Assembly (NCBI GenBank): GCA_000934665.2
Contig: KZ538462.1
Span: 48,640-68,639 of the forward strand
Origin: Catajapyx aquilonaris
Taxonomy: Eukaryota
Length of the DNA stretch: 20,000 nucleotides
Reading direction: 5' to 3'
This document shows, in pieces, positions 10,882-20,000 of this stretch. Below the pieces are notes generated by a model that saw only the letters and a list, made by a program, of their open reading frames with translations, made no database searches and was not told the DNA's origin. Positions within the stretch are counted from its first letter, which is position 1, and the number at the start of each line of letters is the position of its first letter. A program made the position numbers and the translations under genes.

Positions 10882-12665
10882 CTGCAAGGGAGAGAAAAAG
10901 AGAAAAAAAAATGTGTGTGGAGAAGAGAATATGGATGGGTTTTTTTATAAATAAAATAAATTTTGCTTCTTTTTTTGCTCTTGATGTGCATTATTAATAA
11001 GAAAAAAATATATATATGAATAAGAGAAAAGAGAGAGAGGGAGCCAAGTGTCACCAGAGATTCCACAATAATTGGGTGTAACAGGAAAAAATTTCTTTTG
11101 AAGTGGCAATGAACTGTACATATTAGGGCCAATTCTTATTTACAGAAAAAAAGGTCTTGACAAATTCTCACTACTGGGAAGCACTGCATCTAATATGATC
11201 GATTCTTGGCTGCTTAATGACAACCTCATTATGCACAGCGATTGTTACTAATATGCCTACGAGTCAATCACCAAGGAACATTTTCCCCATTCCCAAAGTC
11301 ACTTCGACTCTAACTACAGGCCATGTTGCAACAGGTGTAAAAGCATGTTGACCTTATCAATTCCATACCTTCAATCTAAACATCATTATCACAGCTTGCA
11401 TCACGATAAGAAAATTTTTGAAACAACAATACCAATATGGTCATAACAATGAGGCCTGCACTGTCCCACTCATTTCCTCAACCTATTACAAACGGTGTCA
11501 GTTTCCGAGCATCCTGAAATTCTTGAAAATGTATGTCGGATATCAAAACATCCTTTTGCTTCTTTCCTACACAATCACGTGAATTCTTCACAGCCGAACT
11601 GCAGATAATAATGACACATGGCGCTAACATGACTGCAAGGCATATTCAACAACTGACTTGAGCCCACGAGATCACTCAAAAAGACTGAGACGATTTTAAA
11701 CAAAATTCAACATCATGTCAATCATTTTGAGGGAATTAATACGTTATCTCACATTCATCCTGAAATCATTCTTGCTACAGCAGCATTGCCTGAAGTTACG
11801 CATTTTAAATTGGGCCTTTCATTTCATGAGCTGAGCATCATAAGCTGAACTTGACCAGTTGTCAAATTAACCCTGCAACATCTTAGTGCCCGTAGTACCT
11901 GATGTCTAATTTTCAGTATTTTCATAATCGGAATTGCCTGTCTGTATGTGCACCAACATGAAAAAGCTGCTCATTCCCTTGTTGCAACTTCTTTCATCGA
12001 CACTAAATTTTCTGGTGAGCAGGTCACGCATTTTCAACTGAAGAGAGCTGTTGCACCGCCCTGACCAAAAAATTATCTGCTCTTATTGAGTTTCCGCGGA
12101 AAACAATACTACTACATCACTAGGTTTGCCTAATTCGCAACAATACCAACAACAGTCAAAAACAAGTACACCCTCCCGACCCCAGCAATGTCCTCCCAAC
12201 AATACCAATATCAACATACTACAAAAAAAAACAGTGCGGAGCTAGGGGAAAGGATGGGCAGTGGACGGGAGAAAACTGAAGAAACCCAGGGACACTAACA
12301 CAAAACACAAACAATTTTTGAAAAACAAAGACCACTCAACACACATCCACAATTTTTAATGCAGCTTTACCTCAATTAAAAATTGCCCTACCCTTCCGAG
12401 TAGATTTACATGAATTACTTATCGAATTTCACATATTTTGATGCTTATCCCGATCAACTGTGAACACGATTGACAAAATTATTAAACAAAGCTCCTCTCC
12501 CAACCCTTTTGCCTTCCGTAAAAAACTGAATCACAAACTGGGGCCTTTGCGTGGTCTTTAGTACACATGGTAAGGTATAAGAGATGAAATAAAACCAAGT
12601 GGAAAAGAGAGAGAAAGAGAGAGATATTAAAAATAGGGATCGATAACAAACGAATCGTCTCTTAC

Positions 12666-12819
12666 CTTCTGGGAGGTCCAAGTGTTCCTGAGTTGCTGAC
12701 GTTCCTTGTTCAGAGTCTGAGTGGTGCCCCCCTCCCCCGCCACCGCCTCCCCCTCCCCCGGCGGATGAGACAGACATCTGCGATTGGTCCAATGAGCCAC
12801 TGAGCGCAAGAGATTCCTC
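12666..12819 (-). CDS. fru: fru-like common coding exon 3 (poly-Gly linker), ends in the shared phase-1 donor
   Basis: Follows a 73-nt intron; acceptor TAATTACAG|GAG; EESLALSGSLDQSQMSVSSAG11HHSDSEQ...LPE; donor GAAG|GTAAGA; 154 nt, phase 1. Confidence 0.85.
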
Positions 12820-12892
12820 CTGTAATTAACAAGCGCGTCAATTAAAATCTTCGTGAGCCCGCAACCCAGGACAAAGTGAAAGTGCTACTCAC

Positions 12893-13213
12893 GTTGGGCG
12901 GGTCAATTCCAAATGTGTCCCTGTACTCTTGGGCCCCAATTTGACCCAGGTCCTCCTCCTCCTTCACGATGGAATCTGGGGAAAGATTGATGGCCTCTGC
13001 GTGATGACCACTCCCGGTTCCCAAGTCGGGGAGCTTGCAGTCAGGCGAGTAAGAGGCGGAGGGATTGATCCCGCCGTCAGCGATGTTTGCATTGCCGTTG
13101 TTCGTGGTGGAAGCAGTGGTGGTCGTGGGTTGGGAGGTCACCGTCGAGGAGGAAGACGTCGATGCAGGCTGAGGATGATCAGGTTTTGATCGGCCCTGGT
13201 TTTGTCCCACGTA
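12893..13213 (-). CDS. fru: fru-like common coding exon 2 (S/T-rich linker)
   Basis: Acceptor CAACTTTCAG|TAC, donor AAC|GTGAGT; 321 nt, phase 0-0, in frame with exon 1 (YVGQNQGRS...IVKEEED...DPPN). Confidence 0.85.
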
Positions 13214-13422
13214 CTGAAAGTTGCATGTAAAGCAGTTAAGGCTACGGACATATTCAAATTGGGTCCTAGTCAACACACGAAACAAGTGGCGGCCCAATGC
13301 TACGGACTGGCCCAAGGTATAGACGCCTAAAGGATCTCGATTATGATGTTTGTTTGTCCAGATTAGGTTTTCAGGACAACTTGGTATGTCCAATTACAGT
13401 AGTTCGCTACATGCAGTCTCAC

Positions 13423-13890
13423 CTGTGGAGAGTTCCCGGATGGACATCTCCTCCTCTTCTTTTCAGGTGGCGGTGGAGGGCAGTCAGACACAGCAGAACC
13501 TGCGTTCCCGCCTTTCCCTCCACCCGCGTCCACTCCCGTGGAGGTCTCGGCAAGCCCCCGAATGCGCAGTACCTCTGCGGTCCTGAGGAAGTCGCTGAGC
13601 ATAGTCTGAGAGACATTGACCTCGCCGCGGTACATGAACTGGAGCAGCGCCTTCATCTCGTCCCTCCGAATGTCCCTCAGGAAGATGATTGGGTGGGGAT
13701 GGACGTTCTGAAGCAGCATGGCCTCGAAGTATGGGGAGCAGGCGGAAAGGACCGTCTGGTGAGCCTTGAAAGTGTGGCCGTCGCAGGCCAGTGTCACGTC
13801 CACCAGCACCTCTCGCTGGAGGAGCGACTCAAGCACGTCTGTTAGGTTGGCCCGGTGGTTATTCCACCGCAGGCAGAACTGCTGCTCCAT
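13423..13890 (-). CDS. fru: fruitless-like BTB-ZF transcription factor, common coding exon 1 (ttk-type BTB/POZ domain)
   Basis: ATG at 13890 in CAAACCATGG context. [83 protein letters not shown] closely follows the recalled Fru BTB ([51 protein letters not shown]). Ends at donor CAG|GTGAGA, phase 0, 156 codons. Includes basic NLS-like PEKKRRR. Confidence 0.9.
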
Positions 13891-13950
13891 GGTTTGGTCA
13901 GTCAATGTACTTTCGTTTCTCGGGGGCGTCTTCAGTGTATTACAGCACTT

Positions 13951-13965
13951 TCAGGCAGTGAGCAT
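13951..13965 (-). promoter_or_regulatory. 4-codon uORF (MLTA*) at the start of the BTB exon 5' UTR
   Basis: After acceptor CTCCTTGCAG| (exon start 13966): A ATG CTC ACT GCC TGA, in frame with and starting 75 nt upstream of the main ATG. Confidence 0.55.
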
Positions 13966-15367
13966 TCTGCAAGGAGATTCCAAAACAATCTTTATTATGT
14001 GTATATAACGAAAGGCAAAGTTTGCCCATTTGTTTGTCCATGTTTTAGTTTCTACGGTATCAACAATGACTGATTGTTGCTGATTACATTACCACATACA
14101 CATAATTATGCGTCAACTTGGGAGGTACTGGACATGCGTGCATTTCAACCCATTCTTCAAGTGCAAATATAATGATATGGATAAGACATTCCAACATGTC
14201 ATGAGCCAGGTTTTGTGCCAAAATCATAAGCGCTGCAGGTGCATTTGGCAACCCTCCCCATGGAACAGCGCCATTCAGATTCTTCTGATAAGCCTCACGT
14301 CAACTACTTTGTACGAGGTGAAACTAATGTGAGATCAACATTTATTTTAGCCCACTCGAGATGACATGCCTCTTCACAACTTGTTAAACACATCAGAATT
14401 CAGACAATTAAATCCAAGCGACCCGACTCATTGTTGAGAAGAAACAGTAGACTCGGGATATAACAAACTTCAAGGAACCGTGGCTATCAGTATCTTATAA
14501 CTGAGGTTTCCTGTATCCAAATTTCCAATACACGAAGTTTACTGCCTGCCACATGCCTACCATGCACACTCCTGCATTCAGATTACAGAAACTGTCCATG
14601 AAAATGAAAAATTAGCTCTCCAGTGAATTATGCGGGACCACAAGGATTTATAATTTTCATCTGCCATCCCCTCCTTGCCAAATAAACCAGAAAAAAGAAT
14701 TTTGACCTTTTCGGCAAGTGTAGAGGGGGCGACAAGGCAATTTTCGGTTTCATGCTGAGTAGTATACAAGCAGCACATTTTTCCACAGAGGGAAAGCTTT
14801 ACAAAGCTGACCCACAGAGGGGCCAAGAAATAGTCTGTTACAGCCAAAGTGAAAATGAGTCTGTTATATCAGGAGTAAAATACGCACGGCCTTATGGCGT
14901 GACCGTCCTTTTGAGCCTGGTAGTCAGTTCAGATATCTCGCACACTCAAAAATGCTCAGTGAACACTCCAGCTCTTTCAGACTTCCTGCCTCATGAACCT
15001 GGGCACTAATAAGCCATCCGACTAAAAATAGTGCGCATGCGATTGTATTCACTCATGTAGGCTACGCTGAGTGCGCAGGAATGCCGAGAGCCCTTTCGCA
15101 TATCTAACATTACACACAAAAATGCAAGAATCTAATCTGACATTCTTCAACCCACGAGCGTATCAGTGCGGAAGATTCCTACACCATCCTGCGAGTGTGT
15201 AAACATGTTTTTCCAAAAAGGCGCCTTGCCCACAAATATTGTTATGTTGCTGGTCATGTCGTACACACGTATTGTCGACATAAACGCGACTCATCAGTGC
15301 GCCCAACCGGATATGCATACCACTGTACCCAACAGGGCATGCGCACCGGCGTACCCAACTCTTACCT

Positions 15368-15422
15368 CTACGTACACCCACTACGTACACCCACTACGTA
15401 CACCCACTACGTACACACTACG
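15368..15422. repeat. 13-bp tandem repeat, about 4 copies
   Basis: (CTACGTACACCCA)x3 + CTACGTACACA + CTACG. Confidence 0.9.
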
Positions 15423-15783
15423 GGTAAGTGCCTTGACCCCACTCCCCCAATCCCCCTCCCTTTTCTCTGAAACCCCGACCTGGATATCTCCTGGGCAGTG
15501 GCTCGAGCAATGTGGGTCACAGGAAACGGGCCCTTTTCACCCACCCACCCACCATTTCGCGAAAAAAAAAAAAAAAGTACATCCCCCACCCCCACCCCCT
15601 TCCCCCCTCTACCCTCAACCCAAGGGTACCCTCCAAACCCGCGCGACACCCCCCCACTTTTTCCCTCCTGATGTTCCTCCCCCATCCTTTGGAGGGCCTG
15701 GATTCGACTCGGGGGCGGACCAGGGGCCTGCCTGGAGCTAGTTGGGATGAGTGGAAGGCGGGTAGGGAGAGCACGAGACTCAC

Positions 15784-15945
15784 CGTGGGGGTGAATTTCC
15801 GCCACTCGCCAAATAAAAACCGCACCCGGAACACAAAGAAATCCAGGGCACAACTCCGAACAATCAACACTGGGACGCCTCCACTCGAAGGGTTCGCGGA
15901 TGGGGACTACTACCCGTGAAGAAGGACATGGCAATGTCCGCTGAA
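15784..15945 (-). other. candidate non-coding 5' exon (5' boundary approximate)
   Basis: Strong donor CACG|GTGAGT at 15784/15783 within a GC/CpG-rich block upstream of the BTB exon. Confidence 0.4.
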
Positions 15946-17057
15946 CACAAATCGGGAGTGACTTCCGAGTAACGCGCATGGCCTGCAGATGCATTGTGGC
16001 ACGTACCATTGTGTCCGTAAGTACGTACATTTTGAGCCGTACCGTACTCGCTGCATGGGATGGCACAGGGAGTGGGCGGCCGAATCCAGCAGGAATCCAC
16101 TGGGCGTCCCAATGTTGACGGGTGTAAATCAGGGGCAAGCGGTCACGTGACGGTAGTTTTTTTTTTTACTGTTTTGTAGCGTCGAGTGATCCGCCGCATT
16201 CATTGCAGCGGCGCTTTTAACCACCCTCCTTTGCTTGTATGCCATTCATTTTATTGCACGGAAAGTATACGGTACCGTCACCATGAGATGGGGGTTGCAT
16301 GTGCCGCAGGATGAACATGTCAATCGAGGAGGAATTGTCATCACAGTAGGGTATTAATAATATAGATATTGGACTATATTTTTATTGGTATTGTAGTGCA
16401 GAGGCGGTTAAATATCATTATTAGCCAGTCTTAACATTCAGCAGGCAGGCTCTTTCGCAAGTTGTAGACATAGGCGTCGTCTGTTGGCAATTGCATCCTG
16501 TAATAAGGCACAATTTTGGTTTATTTTGTGATGCGCATGAATAGTAAGCCTATGTTATATCAATAATATTTCACTTATTAGATTACTTGCCTGATGATAT
16601 AGACCTGTGGGAGATAAATACGTTATTTGCATGATGAATAAGTAAGTTATTAATATTGCAAAAAAAAATTTTTTTTTAAATGTGCGCTTACCTCTGCCTG
16701 GCAAGCTTCAAGATATCTTTGCACACGTCACTTAATTTGCCATTAGCATCTGGTTCACACGGATCATGCTTAGAAGCTGTGACAATATACGAAGATTAGC
16801 AAAAGAGAGGGTACCGCATTTTTATAAATGATAATACAAACAAACCATGCTAATTACCTATTGTGAAGCACAGAAATGACATCAACAAAAGAGATAGGGT
16901 GAAATACCTCATTATCGGATGCAGTATGTAGCTATAAAAATAATGCCCTGATACTGTTGTGATTCTCTTAGAAATACACAACTTACTCGTCTAGCAAAAA
17001 TGAAGGAAATGTCTACATAACACACAGCCCATTCAACAAGTCAACCGTGTCGTTAAG

Positions 17058-17141
17058 ATATCGACGCCTAAGGATTATATTGTCGTATGTCCACCTTTGG
17101 ACTTATGAACATACGACAATATAATCCTTAGGCGTCGATAT
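17058..17141. repeat. perfect 33-bp inverted repeat (probable tiny MITE or foldback)
   Basis: ATATCGACGCCTAAGGATTATATTGTCGTATGT (17058-17090), an 18-nt spacer, then its reverse complement (17109-17141). Confidence 0.8.
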
Positions 17142-17266
17142 ATCATATCTGTCGATGACTGCGACGTAACCTGAACACAATAGAGAATCTAGAAGAGAAA
17201 CAGAATGAATATATTCATTGGCTAGCTATTTAAGAAATGTGCATTGTGAGTAGACCTAAACGTATA

Positions 17267-17539
17267 CAGGGTGTTAATCCTAAGCGTGTCACCAGAAAAG
17301 GTGGTGGTAGAGGGCGCAGGTGTGAGCATTTTTGCATAAGGAACTAGGGGTCGGAAACGCACCGTCACCGAGTTACGCCCCTTTCAAGTTTCCGGCAGGC
17401 AGTGTGCAAGAGGCGGGCGGCACGCGGTGGAGTGATTCGGTGAGGGTGCATTTCCTACCCCTAGTTCCTTGCAAAAATGCTCACACCTGCGCCCTCTACC
17501 ACCACCTTTTCTGGTGACACCCTTAGGATTAACGCCCGG
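17267..17539. mobile_element. Tc1/mariner-type MITE (273 bp) with ~103-bp inverted arms
   Basis: TA|CAGGGTGTTAATCCTAAG...CTTAGGATTAACGCCCGG|TA; arms ~17267-17371 and ~17437-17539 are near-perfect reverse complements. Confidence 0.85.
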
Positions 17540-18939
17540 TATATCAGCAATATATTATTACTTTTTCCGTTAAAAGCCCATCAGAATAATTATAGCCTAC
17601 TGTATGACTGTCTGATACCGCAATAATGCCCATATCCTCATCGACACGTATGGTACAAACACTGCAACAATACCTCTCGGAATTACGTGTCTCTGCAAGC
17701 CTCGGTGACACACAACTCGTCACATTCCCTATCCCCTGTAACCCGCATTGTTATCCGGCGACCGTATATATTGTTGCGCATTTACCCCAAGATCAGTCGG
17801 TGGGAGGGCCTGGAAACAATGCGGAAAATACCCGGAATGCTGCAGGGTATAACAATGGGAGATTGGAGAGCTGGGTAGAGATGAGCCCTGCTGGGCTAAT
17901 GAGCTCGTGCATGTTGGCAAGCGATTACAGCTCTTGAATAGAGAGGGGGGGTTGGAAGCGATGCCTTTTGTTTGCGGAAAATACAAAATGGGGGGTAGGG
18001 GCTGAATCCAACAGGCCATGAAGATATCTGGGTTAGGAAATAGGGGAGGTGACATGCGATACCTTCGGCCTTGATTTACTGGGGGGGATCAAAATATGGC
18101 GAGGTATATACACTATACATGGAATGTGAATCACATGATATGGGGAACAGATTGTATGCATCAATGATCAAAAATGCTTCAGTGATTTTTTTTGAAGTGC
18201 TGGACAAGTTCATTGGCCGCCCAAAAATTACTGAAATGTTACGCACTAATGAAACGGATGTGAATCATTGGAGCGACACATTGGATTTTTTTTTTGTAAA
18301 ATGAGTCTCTCATCCATGCATTTTTTGTTAATTATATCGCATTTTTGCGAGCCTCTGATTCACACTAGTTTTTGACAAGCGGTTGGTGCATCAAATACGA
18401 CAACTCTAATTGCTGCTTTTCTGCTCAATTTATGAATGTCAACTCGAGTCAACTCAAGTAGGAGTTATTTTCTTCAGAAAATATAAGGTCCTTTTAAATT
18501 GTTTTTGAAAGATGTCACCCCTTGTCTTGTCACGAGTTAAACGAATTAAACCTCAACTTCCATCTTTCTTTTAAAAAACATGACGTAATAAATTTTTGAA
18601 AATGTTCCGTCACACTGATTCACAAAAATAACTGCCAGTATTTTGGGTGCTTGGTAATAACTACAAACAAAACCTGAACGCATGATTGAAAGGACACGGT
18701 ATGTGACATATGTAGGAATGTCATTTATGGAATTCTCGCTTCATGCTTGCCATTTCCGGATGAAACACATGCCTGCAGGACAAGTCAGAGTCATGTCAGT
18801 TACCGAAAACTGCATCAAAATGTGCATCTGGGATTCCTCAGAATGTAGAGCAGAAAAATGTCAATTTCGTCATTACGTCACTACCTCATTTGCTAAATCA
18901 ATAATGTGCTGTAAGCCTGCATCCCTTAGGTCCTGCGTT

Positions 18940-19951
18940 ACTGTAGGGGAGAGTGGGGCAGGTCGGACCGTGGGGCAGGTTGAACCATGTGCGTTTTCTT
19001 GGTTTCAAATTTGCTGACCAACAGCAATTTCCGGTCATCGGTGGTAAAACACACCACCTTTGCATAAGTGAATGGCCGGTGGAGTGCGCTCGAAGCTGCC
19101 TAAGTAATCGGCGCTTTTGTGTTTTTGGAGCAGTTGAGTAAAATTTTTCATACTTTAATTTTTTGTTCTGAGCCTCAGGATATACATCACAAACTATTGA
19201 GTCATATATCAATCGAAAGCTGCGTTTTAGAGGAGGTAACAGTATGACTAGGCTTGACTGCCTGGATATGGTAAAGACTCCTCCTTGCGGAAGAATGTGA
19301 AATATATGCTGTGGGGCAGGTCGTACCATTATCGGACGGCTATTCTACAGCGAATGAGACTGAGTGGCCCACGTAATGTAGAGTTCCGTTTACCTCACGG
19401 AAGTGGGGCCCCGATTGAGCATAATCTGAGCGAGCTTGGTTCCTGTTGCTTCAATAATAATTAAATTATCATGAATAATACCTGCAATATTATGTGACCT
19501 TATATATCGTGCAATTATTATTAAACTATTTAGAATTATCAGAATCATTCAATCGAAGCAGCGCGGGTTCGAATGCTCCCTTCGAATGCAACTTTGCAAT
19601 AGCTGCTATGCTATAACGGTGTATAATAACAGGAGTGTAGGGCGTGGGCGTGTATATAATGAAAGATAGGCCTGTATCTGCTGAAGATAGGCCTGTATAC
19701 GCTGAAGATAGGCTGTATCCGCAAGGGAGGAAGTTAGGTTATGTTAGGTTGGGTTGGAACAGCGTCCCCCATCACCTCCACAGGGGCCACTTTTCAAATA
19801 GGCGCGTAAAGGGGGCCCCGCAGTGAGCATGAAGGTAAACAAGGTCATGTAGACTTGTGGGCGTGGCTTGGCCCCCCGCCATTCTCGGCCTTATCGTGGA
19901 ACCTACCATTATGGGGTGGGGCAGGTTGAACCGGTGGTACAACATGCCACC
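18940..19951. mobile_element. probable DNA-transposon remnant with repeated 17-bp subterminal motif
   Basis: GTGGGGCAGGTYGDACC at 18953, 18970, 19311 and 19916, plus a degenerate inverted copy at ~19936-19951; starts after TACTGTAGGGGAGA. Confidence 0.45.
19663..19757. repeat. 21-bp tandem repeat (about 3 copies) followed by AGGTT/TTAGG-like pentamers
   Basis: AAGATAGGCCTGTATnnGCTG repeated, then GTTAGGTTATGTTAGGTTGGGTTGG. Confidence 0.75.
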
Positions 19952-20000
19952 TCGTGGTGACGAGGTGACGACGACTCAGAGGAGGAAGGAACATTTTGTT

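Larger units (their letters stand above)
15030..16220. promoter_or_regulatory. GC/CpG-enriched putative promoter region
   Basis: Markedly higher GC and CpG than the flanks; palindromic E-box GTCACGTGAC (16142-16151); NRF1/Ewg-like TGCGCATGCG (~15032) and GCATGCGCA (~15337). Confidence 0.45.

Noticed and set aside
10424..10954. + strand ORFs overlapping exons (also 617-955, 4153-4440, 12929-13189, 13297-13845)
   Set aside because: Antisense shadows of GC-rich coding exons with no recognisable domains.
13891..13905. ORF-track start at 13905 (MTDQT...)
   Set aside because: It is a TTG start; the ATG at 13890 matches the Fru N-terminus and has good context.
15861..15869. CAATCAACA (also at 9963-9971), the core of the Tra/Tra2 repeat element
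   Set aside because: Both copies are on the + strand, antisense to the gene, isolated and lacking the full 13-mer.
15163..16138. Several long ORFs on both strands (up to 243 aa)
   Set aside because: They arise from GC-rich, low-complexity and tandem-repeat sequence; no domain or coherent exon structure.
17626..19329. ORFs of 60-143 aa as transposase or gene fragments
   Set aside because: No DDE, HTH or other recognisable motif.
19733..19757. TTAGG units as a telomere
   Set aside because: Only a few degenerate internal units; more likely part of a repeat element.
18953..19932. Repeated 17-mer and 21-mer units as a CRISPR-like array
   Set aside because: Eukaryotic context, irregular spacing, no unique equal-length spacers and no cas genes.

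Overview
Eukaryotic (arthropod) genomic DNA, AT-rich outside exons, with one assembly gap (5194-5291). The main feature is a compact minus-strand fruitless (fru)-like BTB-zinc finger gene. Three common coding exons (13890-13423 BTB; 13213-12893; 12819-12666) end in a single phase-1 donor. That donor can splice in frame to at least four alternative terminal zinc-finger exons (10881-10589, 7418-7171, 4406-4078, 965-217). Three of these carry the short fru-type C-x2-C-x9-H-x3-H first finger; from memory, two look FruB-like and one FruA/C-like. The fourth is a long, different exon with an acidic tract, an AT-hook and canonical-spacing fingers. The likely BTB-exon acceptor is followed by an in-frame 4-codon uORF, which would block a FruM-type male N-terminal extension. 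Introns and flanks carry several non-autonomous DNA-transposon elements (Tc1/mariner-type TA-TSD MITEs, a hAT-type element with 8-bp TSD), palindromes and short tandem repeats. Family assignments rest on recalled protein sequences; no database search was run.
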